The translations under genes and the position numbers were made by a program. Below are positions 1-12,820 of a DNA stretch of 64,000 nt, piece by piece. The stretch is from Podarcis cretensis (taxonomy: Eukaryota), in assembly GCA_951804945.1 (NCBI GenBank), contig OX638157.1, positions 34,472,001 to 34,536,000 of the forward strand. The letters run 5' to 3'. Numbering within the stretch: the stretch's first letter is position 1; every line of letters begins with the position of its first letter. Under the pieces are notes generated by a model. It was not told the DNA's origin, made no database searches, and was given only the letters and a program-made list of their open reading frames with translations.

Positions 1-46
1 TGGATCGGCAAGCCCTAGGCTTAGTGGTTTAGACCACAGCGCCACC
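1..46 (-). mobile_element. Sauria SINE, 5' end (continues off the window edge)
   Basis: Reverse complement (ggtggcgctgtggtctaaaccactaagcctagggcttgccgatcc) overlaps the start of the Sauria SINE copy at 29149 (ctgagcctagggcttgccgatc). Confidence 0.8.
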
Positions 47-620
47 TGCATCCTGTCAGCATCGATACTTGTACCCAATTGGTATGAGGGGAGGGGTAAT
101 ATCTCTGGTGGGGGACACATGCTATTTCTGGGGTAGCTTGTCCACCTTTGGTCCCCACCCTACATTCAGCTCTCACCTGTGGCTTTTTAGAAGTTGTCAG
201 CATGTGACAGTGGCTGCAACCTGGGGGATTTGACTGGATGACTAAACCAGGTGAGGGAAGCTGATGGGTCTCAAACCCTCAATGAGTAAGGGACTTCCCC
301 TGAATGTGAAGACAAGCTTTGGTGGATTGAGCGGACAAGACAAATAGTAGGTCCAACTGTCAAAAAGGCAGTTTCTTCACGTACTGTAGAGGGAAGTGAG
401 GGGCAGAGGGGGCTTCTCCACCTGGGAAGGTAGCCCACCTAGGAGAAGGAAAACCCTGATTCTAAAACTCTGTTGCTTTGTGGCTATACCCATCCATGAA
501 AAAAGCTTTGGGAATAAACTTCAATGAAAAATCTGTACCTGCTGCCTTGCAAGACATCTTTCAGAGAAGAAAAAGCTAATCTGGGGTGGGGTCCCTAAAA
601 TGGTTTGATGGCACCTTCTG
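47..620 (+). mobile_element. RTE-like LINE 5'-region-derived non-autonomous repeat, copy A
   Basis: Aligns by eye with 7090-7330 (gggaaggtagcccacctaggagaaggaaaaccctgattctaaa vs gggaaagtagcccatctaggagaatgaaacctctgattctaaa); this motif is typical of RTE-clade 5' UTRs. Boundaries approximate. Confidence 0.55.
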
Positions 621-1039
621 ACAAGTTGTTGGACATAACTTGTGAATATTATGACTTCATCATGTGATTCAGTGCTACAGATATTATTATACATTTTATT
701 GTATTTCTTTCTTGAAATGATGATTGAATAATATTGTTCCACTTAAATTGTCAGAATGTTTTGTCTGTCTGCTATGCTTTGAGACTTGCCAATAAATAAT
801 TCAAACTATATGCATCTATATTATGTTCTGTGGCTACAGTGAAGAGGGTCAATCAACTAACCACTCACACTGAAATCTGTACTCTTGATGGCTTCAAGAA
901 CACCTTCCATAGTCTCTCCTTTCTCTTTACTTAGAAGTGGTTTAAATCTGTTAATCTGTCTAAATGCAGCAAAAGTAGAAGCAGGATGAGCAAATATGTT
1001 AACTGTGGTATCTCTTAGCTCCTCATTTTTCTAAGACTT

Positions 1040-1340
1040 CAATTTTTTACATTTTCACATCATTTTAGTGTAAATTTTCCCCAAAATACCCAATGCATGC
1101 AATCTTGCCTGGTATACATTTTTTTTCTGCATGAATATAATGCATTTTGTATGCCGTGTTCATGACTATATGAATTTTATGCATATTTCACCATAATATT
1201 TGTGTATACATTACTTGTTTGGAGAACTGCACTGCAATATTTAGAGATGTGCAGATATTGAAGAATATCTGTGTTTTGGATCACAAACTGCTTTGGAAAG
1301 TTTGGGTTAGGTAAGTCTGCTTTTGAATGTGAGCTAAATT
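1040..1340. mobile_element. Decayed AT-rich non-autonomous DNA transposon (hAT-like ...CCCATCCCTA terminus)
   Basis: Ends in ctcccatcccta; related decayed copies at ~5900-6260 (inverted) and ~15550-15745. Confidence 0.45.
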
Positions 1341-1530
1341 GAATTTTGCTCCCATCCCTAGTGGTAAAGCAGATGTGTATTAGATAGGTGGCAGCCTAAA
1401 CTTAAGGTCCTTTCGTACTTTACCACTGTGCTTTGAAAGTATTACAAAAATGTACCTAGAAATAATAATAAAAGAACCAGAAACCCATGAGAGTCACCAA
1501 TGATGTTTCCTTCTGACTGTAATGCTAGGG

Positions 1531-1666
1531 CAGGCTTCCTCAATATTGGCCTTCCAGATGTTTTTGGCCTACAACTCCCATGACTCCTAGCTAGCAGGAC
1601 CAGTGGTCAGGGATGATGGGAATTGTAGTCTCAAAACATCTGGAGAGCCGAGGTTGAGGAAGCATG
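1531..1666. mobile_element. hAT-type palindromic MITE
   Basis: TIRs CAGGCTTCCTCAA / TTGAGGAAGCATG, internal palindrome (ccagatgttttt...aaaacatctgg), perfect 8-bp TSD TGCTAGGG at 1523-1530 and 1667-1674. Confidence 0.9.
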
Positions 1667-3539
1667 TGCTAGGGATTCAAATAGAAGACAAGTGCAAAGT
1701 TTGGACAATAAAGATGGGTGTTTTTCTATTTATTTTCAGTAGGTTTAATATCATCTGCTGGTAGATTTTTCAGAGATAGAAATCAGAGAGATCGCTGAAT
1801 GTGCAAGCAGTTGAAAAGGATAATATCTCTATTTCTTATCTATATGTTTGAATTCAGTGAATTCTATTATAAAACGAAGGTCCACTCCTGGGTTCACATT
1901 AAGTTCACATCTAAGCAGTCTGTCTTATCTTTTACTTTTTGCTTCTCTTATTTAATATATGAAAACCACAGGAAGAGGCTTACAAATTTGTCCAAAGAAA
2001 ATATAATCTTGTTGTATGGGGCGGTATATAAATTCAATATTTTTTTTTAAAACTGCTGTATTGCTTTTTTAAAAATAAATCATTAGTTGTCTGATTTCAA
2101 GTGGAAGCAGCACTGGAGATTGCCATGAAAGCAACAAAGGAAACTGCATCTTCAATCATGTTTGTTTCATAAAACACATAGAAGTCACATAGGCCAAACT
2201 GAGTGCCAGAATATTATTTTACATAATAATGCTCAACCTTCATTTATAAGAAAATCCATTTATGATTGCAGTAAATTTCTGCAGCTTGGAACCAATCAGA
2301 AGCATTATGACTTATTAATTTTAATGTAATTCCTTTCACTTTTGATAAATAATACAGCTGTCTCTTCTCTTTTAATACATATGAAACAGAATTAGGAATT
2401 ATTGCAACATTGCTAGTAAACCCATTCTCTTTAAAATACATTTTTTTAAATAGATTCTTCCTCTCTCTCTTTATGCTAGATAATTGCCATTTGAAATACT
2501 CAAAGATACAAAAATAATAGTGCTCATTCCCATCCTCATATACTTATAATATTGTAAAATTATATTTAAAATTAAAATTGTAGCATTATTGCAGCACAGT
2601 TCCATTCCATAAAGTCAATAGCTAAACAGTTCATTGTCTGAGACCCATTAAGTGATGTTGTTGTTTATGGATTAATTGATTTTAATACTTTTCATTTTAT
2701 GTCTCCCTTTTATCTATTTTTTTTTAAAAGGAAAAAGGCTCATCCACTATTCAAGAGTAATATGGAAGAAATGTAATGGATTCAGTGGTATATTTGGTGC
2801 ACTTAAAAAAAGCTGCATCAGTCCTATCTAGAAATAATTGCTGTTTTATTTATCATATTCTGCTAACTAGACTGGTTACTAAATCTAGCAATCCCTGCTG
2901 CACCTCATTTCTCTTAGTATTATTTGTCTGGGTTTTTATTGAAAATTAAAAAAGAAAATTTCTCTAAGGTTTGGGTATTATCTGGGCATTAGCAAAATGA
3001 ACTAATGTGCCTCATGTTATACCCTACTCCATGTCTACATCTATCTATGAGCACAAAATACACAGAGATAGGATTTCAAAAAGTAAAAACCAGGACACCC
3101 TGAAAGTTATTGAGCTTTTTTTTTTTTTTTACAAAAACTCCAAAAACATGTGGAAATCAACAACAAACCACCGCCTTCTGGAAATTCCCTCCGGATATGA
3201 CCCCTACCTTTGAAATCCTGGTAATGTCCCTACACACAGAGAATGTGAAATATAAAGTTAGATACAAAGAGCCCAGAGTGGAAGGCAAAGTTTCATAAAT
3301 TCTGCAAATTCACAGAGCTCAATTACACAGTTCTATAGCTGTTTTTTGCTTGGGTGAGAGATTGCACAATTTGCAACATAGGCAGAACCAGAATGACATC
3401 TTTGAATTTAGTTGTCCTTCTTCATAGAGCACATTCCAAAGAAGAACATCTTTGGATCAGAGCAACACGCAATAGAGTCTCTCAGAGATTTGCATCGGCT
3501 ATAAAGATCTAGTTTTGCTATCATGATGATGATGATGGT

Positions 3540-3655
3540 TTTATTATTTTTACCCCACCCATCTGGCTGGGTTGCCTCAGTCACTCTGGGCAGCTTCTAA
3601 CACATATAAAAACATAATAAAATATCAAACATTAAAAGCTTCCTGATACAGGGCT
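3540..3655 (-). mobile_element. L2 LINE 3' end fragment
   Basis: Reverse complement matches the 3' end of the L2 copy at 58570-58680 (cccagagtggctgggg...ccagccagatgggtggggta). Confidence 0.75.
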
Positions 3656-6600
3656 ATCCTGCCATTACCAGTTTTGATTCATTTCTACATATATGTACCG
3701 TCTTATAAAACTAGGCAATGCAAGAAACAAAAACAAAAACAAAAACACTGGGGAAACAAATACCCAAAATGTTCTTCATCTTTTACTTGAGATAAAAATT
3801 GTCACTGTACTGTTTTCAAGTGCACTAATACCTCATGAGGTTTTGGTATCTGCTTTGAAGCATCCCAGCTGCTGAATGTTCTAGAGAATATATCCTAGAA
3901 AACAAATCAGCTCTGCATGTCAGTAAGCTTAGATTTCTCTGTATGGCACGCAAATACTAAAAATGTTTACTTGGTTTCAGTGGAATGTAGACAACCCAGT
4001 CATAAAAACTATATTGAGGTAGGGTGGTACGGACAGGGGATTCCACCATAACAACTAAAACAATATTCATGAGCAATATCAATAAGCTCAACAGCCTTCC
4101 TTCGAATTTGAACCTTTTTTTGGGTGTTTCCAGTCCCAAGGAGAAATATCTCTATGTATATAGCTGCACATGCAGGGGATCTCTTTGATGTTCTGCTGAA
4201 GTCATGGAATATGGGCATTCATGATCCCCAGCCTCACAGCTACCACTGTGTATAAGAAGATTGGGAGAGCTCCTTCTGTCCAAGATCCATTAGATTTCTC
4301 AAGGAAAGAAGGAAAGGAGACAATTTTTTCTATCCCTTTCCTCCCTGGCAGCAGGTCTGTCTTAAGCATATGCGGCGCCAGGGTGCAAAGATCTGCCCAA
4401 TGCCCCCCACCCCCCAGGTTGCCCAGAGTTGTCAACCTTTTTTTTTTTTTTTTTTTTTTTTAGGGAGCTGACACCATACTTATCTCTGCTCAGGAAAAGA
4501 AAACAGGAAACATTAGGAGCCCAGTGCAACAAACCAGCCCAAGGTGCCAATCCCAGGCTCGCTCACCTCCAAACTCATGGCACAAAGCCATCCGCAGCAG
4601 AAGAGCCAACTGCGGTGCTTCAACCGATGGGCGGGCTCTTCCCTGGACTCCAACTGGGCTCCGCTCCCCTGGTGCCTATGGTTAAGGTGGACCTGCCTGT
4701 CAGTACCTAAGCTCCCTCACATTCCACTATAAAAGGTCCTCCTAATGCAAGATGAAGGGTCCTGTGTGATAGGCAGGATCAAAAGGGTCCCTCAGGATGG
4801 GAGGCTGGGGGAAGAGGGGGAAGCTGCCAGGTGAGAGCTGGGAGGGCTGATGCTTCTGTGTGTGGAATAAGGGTTAAGATATAATGGTGACAGAAGGCTT
4901 GGTATTTGCTTGCTTGCTTGTTTCTCGTTTTTCTTCTCTTCTTTCTGGTCTCCTAATCTCTATTCCTTGGATTATTTTGATTTTTCTAGTGTTTTATGTT
5001 GAAAACTTCAATCAAAAAGTGATTTTTATTTATTTTTAATAAAAAGGGTCTTCAAAGCATCTGAAGCAAATTTTCAGGGGGCACAGAAAGCTGCAGGATG
5101 AACGAAGAACTGGCAGATATTGCCTCTCCCCCCCCCCCTTCCTCTTGCACAAGATTGAGAGTCTGGATTGAACCTATATACATAATATCATGCCTTGAGG
5201 ATTCATTGTTGGGTAGGAGAAGCAAAGATCCAGCTGTGTTCTGGCAGTGCTCCAGTGTTCTTGTATTTCTCAGGCGATGAATTGTAACCTACATGAATAC
5301 TCTTATAATTGTTTAGCCGGGCTGTTGTGGAAGCAAGCCCTGCAGGTTGGTCCTTCAGTCACCTCTGCAGAGCTGCCAGCCAATATTAAAGAATACAAGA
5401 GTAACAAAATATTGCTTGAAATATCAGTAGAAGAAACAGTGACTTTATCTAAGCCACTTGCCAAGGAACGTGTAGAATAACAAAACCAGGTCTGCTTCCA
5501 TCTGTACCAACTGCACCTGAACGGCTGTCTCTGATACCAGTGTCACTACAGCAGGTTTCCTTATGGATCAAAAGTCTGAAAGACAGTCAAGCAGTTGAGC
5601 CAGAGAGGACTCAGACCACATGTATAAGGAAAGGGGGAGAGGGGAAGTGAAATATCTTCCTTCTCAAATCGCTGTCTCCAGCTCTGACAGTCTCGCAGGA
5701 GACTCACATTTCAGACTTACTTTTTTTTTCTTTTCTTTTGACAGCTTACCAGCACTGTCACTACCAGTAATAACATGGCCAGGAAGAAACTAGAGCTAGA
5801 GTGTATGTTTTGGAAAATGCCTAGAATCAGAAATAGAATGGGGCACTTAGTAAAGGGGTGGGGGAGCCAGGCCAGGGTTGATTGAAATGAACATAACAGT
5901 ATGTTATGGATGGAGGACAAATTTTATTTGGTTCACATTTAACAGCCAATTTACATAATTCACACTTTCTGAAACAATGTAGTAACTGAAACACATCTAT
6001 CCTTTGAAATTCACACTTAGCTGAATTTTCTAGTAATGTGTTTTTTTTTAAAGCACATGCTAAGGTAAAGTGTGCATCAAAATACATATAAGTAAAAATA
6101 GCACAAAAATGCATTATATTAGGGGAAATGACTGCAAAAATTGTATATTAAAATACGTATCTTAGGAGAAATTCACATTCAAATACTGCTGAATTTTCAT
6201 AAGCACTTCATTTTTGTTTTTGTTTTAAATACAAACTGATATGGAAACGTTGATAAATTATAAAAATGAGAAACAAAATGGTTGAATTCTTTAAAATAAT
6301 GAAACATGGAATTAAAAAACACCTCATAGCAACCCCCTCTCATTTAAATCCAGAAAATACATCCATTATGAATTATTGTATTGAAATTGTCAAGTCTACA
6401 AGGAGGGCAGCTTAAGGCCTAAGGAGCAATTTGGATAATGTCCTCCATTTTCAATTGAGCTGAAACATATGCTGCCATTTCCAACATGATTATTATTTCA
6501 CATCTATTCCCCGAAATGCCTGCCGAGCCTTCTGCAGTAGCTGCCACTTGTACCTGACATCTGTTGCTTCTTTCCACATAGACATCTCAAAGTCTTCCTC

Positions 6601-7089
6601 GCTGTCATGTCTGTGCCCAAATTGCCACTTGTCACTTACATGTGTGAGAGAGGTAAGATCAAATATCCTTCCTGAAGCCAGTGACTGTAACAGCATCTGC
6701 TGTGTCACAAGATGAAGAACAAAAGCAGTCATTCTCACATAAATAAACAAAAATTATTCATTTATTTGGATATGATCCCAAGATATTTTTAATTAACTCA
6801 TAACTGTGGAGTCTCTAATGAGTGGGGAAACTTTACTGTAGTAGGATGTGTGTCAAATTTTTAATACGATGGTAGCCTGTGCCAAAAATTACACACAACT
6901 TCTCCTCTAAGTTCCACTTTAGAATGTAAGAAGAGCCTCTGAGAAGCAAACCGGAATTATTTTTCCAGGTGTTTTTGGATATTCTATGAAGACAACACCC
7001 TTCCCCTTTAGTTTGTTCCTCACATTAGAAGTCTATAACTTCTAAAGATGATGTTTCTACTTCAATCAGATGTCGTAAGAATGCACTAA

Positions 7090-7520
7090 CAGTGGGTCCA
7101 ACAGTCAAGAAGCACATGCTGCAGAGGGAAATGAGAGGCAGATGGTCCTGTCAACATGGGAAAGTAGCCCATCTAGGAGAATGAAACCTCTGATTCTAAA
7201 CCTCTGCTGCATTGTAGGATATCTTTGGGAAAAGAAAAGAAAAGACAAAGGAGTAAACCCTACAAAATCTGGAGTGGAATTCCTAAGATGGTTGGAAGCT
7301 GCCTTGTATGACTCCTTCTGGTAACTCCTTCAGTCAAGTTGGTGTCAAACACATTGCTCTGCTTTTCTTTGGACCACATTAGTGAGGGCAGCCCAGAACC
7401 TCCACACACACTGCCCTGCTTGCACCCTGGCGTGGTCACTTTGGTGCTGCTAATACAGCACTTTGGCTTCATCCCCAGAAGTGCACTCCATTATCTCTCA
7501 AGACAGATGAATGCCAGCAA
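7090..7520 (+). mobile_element. RTE-like bipartite non-autonomous element, copy B (5' region joined to 3' end)
   Basis: 5' part homologous to 345-620. The 3' end gcactccattatctctcaagacagatgaatgccagcaac recurs inverted at ~57930-57990. Confidence 0.55.
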
Positions 7521-8339
7521 CTTAATAGTGTATGCAAAGTTCTTTTGGGCTGGTACTAGAAACACTGGAGTCTCCTGAGGGTCAAATGATGAAAAGATAT
7601 GTGGGTGGTGGTGAGTTTAGAGACACCTGGCATTTCCATGAATGGAATTTAACCTACTGTTCAGTTTAACCTACTGTTCAGTCATAACTATTGCTCCACC
7701 TACTTTTTGCCTCTAACCAATGGCATGTACCCCCCCCAATATTGCCCATGATAGATTGTGGTCCATGGGTTGATTGTGGTCCATGGGTCGAGTAAAGCTA
7801 GGAAGGACCTGCCCCTGGAAAGCCACAGGCTAGATGGACTGTTGTTGTGCCTGACATCTCAAAAATCATGTACCACTTGCATCAACACATTTGTGAACCA
7901 CTCTGAGATCTTTGGATCTCAGGGGGGTATATAAATAACAACAACAACATCATCATTATCAGGCTAGCGGCATGCTTCCTTTAGCTACAAATAACTGGAG
8001 TACTCAGTTATATTCCACGAATTCATCACACATAGCAAGTTCCTTTTGAACAAGATGGCAACTAAATGGAATATATTCACAGATCATAGAATTATAATAT
8101 TATAGAGTTGGAAAGCCACCAGGCATTAGAGGCAAGTGAGGAGAGGGAGTAGAAAATAAAATACACTATAATGCTCCAGCCTTTTGGCTCTCATTTACAA
8201 GATGAATCAGTGGACAGTGGAAAGAAAACTGAATCAGTTGTTTAGATCTAGTTCTGAGGCAAACACTTACATGCATCCTTAATTTTACTACCGGAGAATT
8301 AATAGGATGCTTCAAAGAACTGTTTTTGGTAGGAAGCAT

Positions 8340-8343
<4 letters not shown>

Positions 8344-8374
<31 letters not shown>
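8344..8374 (+). repeat. Poly(A) tract
   Basis: Run of ~31 A. Confidence 0.9.
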
Positions 8375-8376
<2 letters not shown>

Positions 8377-8803
8377 CTAAATAATTCAGTGTTGTTATTG
8401 GTGGTAGTGGGGAAATGAAGCTAACTGTGATGTAATATTTCTCTAATAGTGTCCAGTAAATGAAGCAATTCTGCAAACCTAAAGTTTCTATTTATCAAAT
8501 AGGCCCCTGATTTAGCAGCCTCATAACTATAAAACCCATAATGTGCGGGGACTAGAGGCAATCTGGGTAAATTAAAATGGCAGATGGCTGGAGACCAGCA
8601 CTTTGTGTTGCAGGATGCCTACCTATCAGATTAAAAAAATAAAAACTATAAAGATAATCTGAGAGGCAGGGAGCTCATGAGCACCAAAGGAGGTGTCTGT
8701 GGGGAAAGCAGAAATAGGTAGCAAGAAGCTTGCATTGCAGTTCTTTTGACCTTTATCTCATTTTACTTTTAAAATGCATGCACATTTTGCTTTTTTTAAA
8801 TAA

Positions 8804-9074
8804 GGGCTTATCCACACTTACATTTCTTGGCATGGTCTGTCCTTTAAATCTCCAGTTCTGAGCATCTTCCAGAGCATTGCCTGCAAAAACCTGCTCTTTA
8901 AAGCTGAATAGGAGCAAATGGCAACCTGCTGTTTGTCGAGCTTCAGCTTTAAAGAGCAGGTTTCCAATGGGGAAAGCTCCAGAGAAAAGGGGAGGGGGAG
9001 TGCTCAGAAACAGAGCTTAAAGTGTGGGTCAGTGCTGGGAAAGAGTGGTTCAAAAGGTAAGTGTGGATAAGCCC
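8804..9074. mobile_element. PIF/Harbinger-type MITE
   Basis: 18-bp perfect TIR GGGCTTATCCACACTTAC / GTAAGTGTGGATAAGCCC, TAA TSD at 8801-8803 and 9075-9077, internal inverted repeat aaacctgctctttaaagctgaa / ttcagctttaaagagcaggttt. Confidence 0.9.
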
Positions 9075-9115
9075 TAAATCTGCTTTAACTTCTTGATTGC
9101 CAAGCAGGTGCATTA

Positions 9116-10512
9116 TGTGACCCACAAGAGCAGCAAAGAACCAGACTGTACAATGGTGATGGGATAAAATCAAGCCAAATATTCATTGACAGGGTAAGGG
9201 TTAGTATGGCATTGGGGCCAGGATCAGTTCATCAATCCACAAATCCCATGTTGATGGAATGGGTGCACAGGGTTTGGACCACCCAAAGCCTGTTTCCATG
9301 GGAGTCGGCCAGTGTTGAACCTTGCTGTGGTGCAAGCCAAACAAACAAGGTCTCACTGGGTGACCAGGGTGCAGATTTCAACCAAGCAGATACTCCAACC
9401 CAAGCTTGAGAAACCAGGAGATTTCACCCCTCCCATATCCAAGAATCTCCTGATGTCTCTGCTGATTCTCCAGAGAGGAGGGGGCGGTGTTCTGCTCTCT
9501 ACTTATTCTACTCCAGCACCACATCAAAGAGTCAGTCAGTCAGTGTGTCGGAGAGAGAGAGACTGAGTGTAAGAGATTGTGTGTATAGATAAGATTGCTG
9601 CTAGGAGCAGCTGCAGACACTCAGTGCAGTTCAGCATTCATTTATGCTTAGACCTCATTTAGCTCTGTATATAGTTGTATAATAGTTGTAGATAGAATAA
9701 AGAATAAAGAAGATATTCTACAGAGCTGCTCTCCGAGTCGTTTATATGCTCTGCTAGACTCTGCTATACTCTGCTGTGCGACGACTGTCTTCTTGTTGGA
9801 GTGAATCCGGTGCTCACAACTCTAAGCTGTGAGTCCACAGTACTTTGACCTGTTCCTGTGCAGAAGGTGGTCTCTGGAAGTGCTACCTAGCTCGCCTAGC
9901 CCATTCGGGCTGAAGTGTATGAGTCCAGTTAGTGGTACTGGTTCAAGGGCGATGCTGACAGTCAACCCTCCCCTCAGACCCCTTATGGCGGGACGGTGAG
10001 TGGGTAGGTGGGACACTATACTATGTTGATCCTGCCCAATGCCATCTCCACCCTCATACAAACATTCTTCCACTTAACAAAAGGGGGGCATAATTTCACT
10101 GAGGGAAAGATGGGGGTAAATTATCCAGGTTGGGAGAAAACAAATTCCGTTGAGGCCCTGTCAGCCAGCAACCCAAAAGTACTCAGTGAAGGCTCTAACC
10201 CTAGGGTGAGTGGGCAGGAAGCTCCTGAGTCAAAATAACCCAAGACCTTCAGGGTAAGAAGCCTTATATCAACTTTCCTCCCTTACTTGCAAGGGCTCAT
10301 GGGACAGTTTTTCCCCATGAGGCTATTGCATGGGCAAGATGCTGGTCAAAACCTTGTCCAGTATTTTGCTGCAATCTATGGGCCCCAGCACCGCTGGGCA
10401 AAGACACCTTGTGCTTATTGGCATGAAATGACCCATATCATGACTCTGGAACTGGATTTTCTCTACCTATGCAACCGCAATTCAGACACTTAAACCCATC
10501 CCTAAATATGAC
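9116..10512 (-). mobile_element. LTR-like/DIRS-like promoter-polyA cassette, copy 1, interrupted by a nested LTR
   Basis: Collinear homology with 38564-39550 on both sides of the nested insert; tgtga...tgaca ends; CCAAT and TATAA on the minus strand. Confidence 0.6.
9395..9960 (+). mobile_element. 5'-truncated LTR nested in the preceding element
   Basis: Absent from the paralogous copy at 39060-39095; tandem AATAAA (~9696-9708); ends in ...gctgaCA at 9960, where homology to the host element resumes (gtcaaccctccc vs gtcaatctttccc). Confidence 0.55.
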
Positions 10513-12329
10513 AGTGCTTCTTGTATTAGAGTCTTGAGAAGTGGTAGCCGATAGCAGGTGGCTAGAACTTTCACAATTTAGCAGACTCCGAACCCTAAGT
10601 CGATCATGAACTCATGGCATCATTCACTTTCCTTTCGTCTTCCTTTATGTATTTATAAACTACAATATATTGAAAATATGTGGATACTTTTGGGAGTTTG
10701 TCTTCCTTTCTTGCAAGAAATCTTTCATCCCAGATGAAATTGTCAGGGGAAAGCAACCCACGAATATGCTAATTTTCAGTCGTGGCGAAAGTGATTGCAG
10801 CACATCACTGAATGTGCTACTATGATCTTCAGTTATAATACGTTAATGTTAACAAAAATAGTAAAGGGAAGGATTGCAGTTTGTCTTTTACTATCTAGCA
10901 ATGGATAGATTATCCAGCGTGTAGGGAGCTTGTGCAGATTTCTGAGTGGTTGTAAGATGAAAATGAAGTGCATTCCACTAATGGGGCATGTTTTTCCTTG
11001 CTGAATACAACTTTAGTCACACAACTGCAAGGAATATATTTAGAAGTGCAGGCACAAAAAGTTGAATCTCAATTACAAGGGAGTAAAAGGGAATAGTCCA
11101 CTCTTTTGCTGACATCTCAACTAGCACTGTATTAGTACATATAATGCTTATCTGTCAGTGCACTGCAATTAATTCTGAGCCATCAGTCATCCTGTCCTCT
11201 TCCCAAAGAAGTGAAAGCAGCAACAATACCCAGAGAACTAGTGAGGGCTAGCTACTCTAATATTGCTTCCATAATTGACATCTTAAGTATCATTCCAGAT
11301 AAGTGGATCCATGTGGCAGGCACTGAGAGTGTGTACACTTGCTATGTTGACAATGGTGTCATTGTAGTACCTGCAGTGGAAACGGTGGTTCTGTAAACAT
11401 CTTTTGCTTTGCAGTGCTTTTAATCTCACTGTTTGGGATAACCTTGGGAATACACACACATTGTGTGTGTGTGTGTGTGTGTACAAGCATTTCAAAGGCA
11501 AAGCCTCTCTCCTCCTGTGTCACAGATGTGGTAAATGTAATTGTACATCTAAAACATTTTCAAGGGAAATGTAATATGCCCCAGCATACATTTATTAAAA
11601 ATGTATCTCACAATTTCAGTCCCATTTCCTGCTAATTGGCTCAGCTTAAAAGAAGGAAAGGCATACATCCTGACTATGAATGTGGCAATGTGAATTCACA
11701 GTAATTCTGATTCCTGATCTGCAGTTACCCTGCATACTCTGGTAAATGAGATGAACATTTGCCTGTTTCTCCTATATCACTGCTAAAAAAGAAACATTGC
11801 ATTTATGGATCACTTCACAAAGAGGATCCAGAATGTTGGTTGCTGCTGCTGTTGTTGTTGCTGCTGCAATAGCTTGCTAGAGATCCTTAAGAAATCAGGT
11901 GAGGCATGCCATCTCTGGAAGAGTGCATGTGGCTTAGCAGTGGATGAACTCTATTTCCAGTTCACAGCACTGTTGCAATTCCTCATTCATAAGTCCTTTA
12001 CATCTCATTTCTGTTTTAATCTGTTACTTTAAAAACATCCTCACAAATGCCCACAATGGTGAGTCGTTCTCAATTTTGGAGGTTGAGAAGCTTACCTGTT
12101 CTGGGTGTGGTTTCACTCTCTCTAAACGGTATGTAGTTTTTGTTTTGTTTTTTTCTTAAATTTATTTAATTTAATTTATCAATAATTTAATTAATTTATC
12201 AATAAACAGGAGAGAGAGAGAAGTATAAAACAAAGTGCAGAGAAAAGAACTCTGAGTGCCAGGTATAAAGAGGCAAGCAAATGGGTGGAAAGAATAATAA
12301 TAATAATGAGATGGGGGAAGGAAGCCACA

Positions 12330-12820
12330 CAGACAGGAGGAAATAGAAAGTGGGCAAGCAAGCGGCCAGTGGGCACAGGGACTCAGCCTTCCTCTGCCCC
12401 CGCCCTGCGAGTGCGCGGAGCCTCCCACCTCCCTCTACCCCGCGGCTTCTGAGGTTCCGAGGCGCCAAGTCTGAGAAGCCATGCGTGCATCCCCGCCTCC
12501 TGCTCCTTCCCCTTTCAGAGGAGAAATAGTGATGGCAACGGCTATAGTGGCCGCCTGCAATGTTTCCTGCGATGGAAAGGGACTTGGGCTGCTCCAGAGC
12601 CTGCCTGCGTGCAGTCTCTCCCAGGAAAGCCCCGCCCCACGTAGATCCCATCTTTGCGGCAAGACTGCATTGCCACGTGGAGCTGCCTGAGCCAAAACAA
12701 TTGTGCGCCTTCCCCCCACTGCTTGCTCCCTCTGTAGTGCCTGGGTAATTGCTGGGTGGGCTGGGTTCAGGACCCTGGAGGACTGGATCCAGCCCTTGGG
12801 CTGTAGTTTGAGGACCCCTG
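12330..12820. mobile_element. GC/CpG-rich hAT-Charlie-like non-autonomous element fragment
   Basis: Right terminus ...tagtttgaggacccctg followed by gtttagag, typical of Charlie TIR and target; left end not found. Confidence 0.55.

Noticed and set aside
6493-6750. Possible minus-strand exon (..DSEEDFEMSMWKEATDVR..)
   Set aside because: Weak donor, no convincing acceptor and no recognisable protein match.
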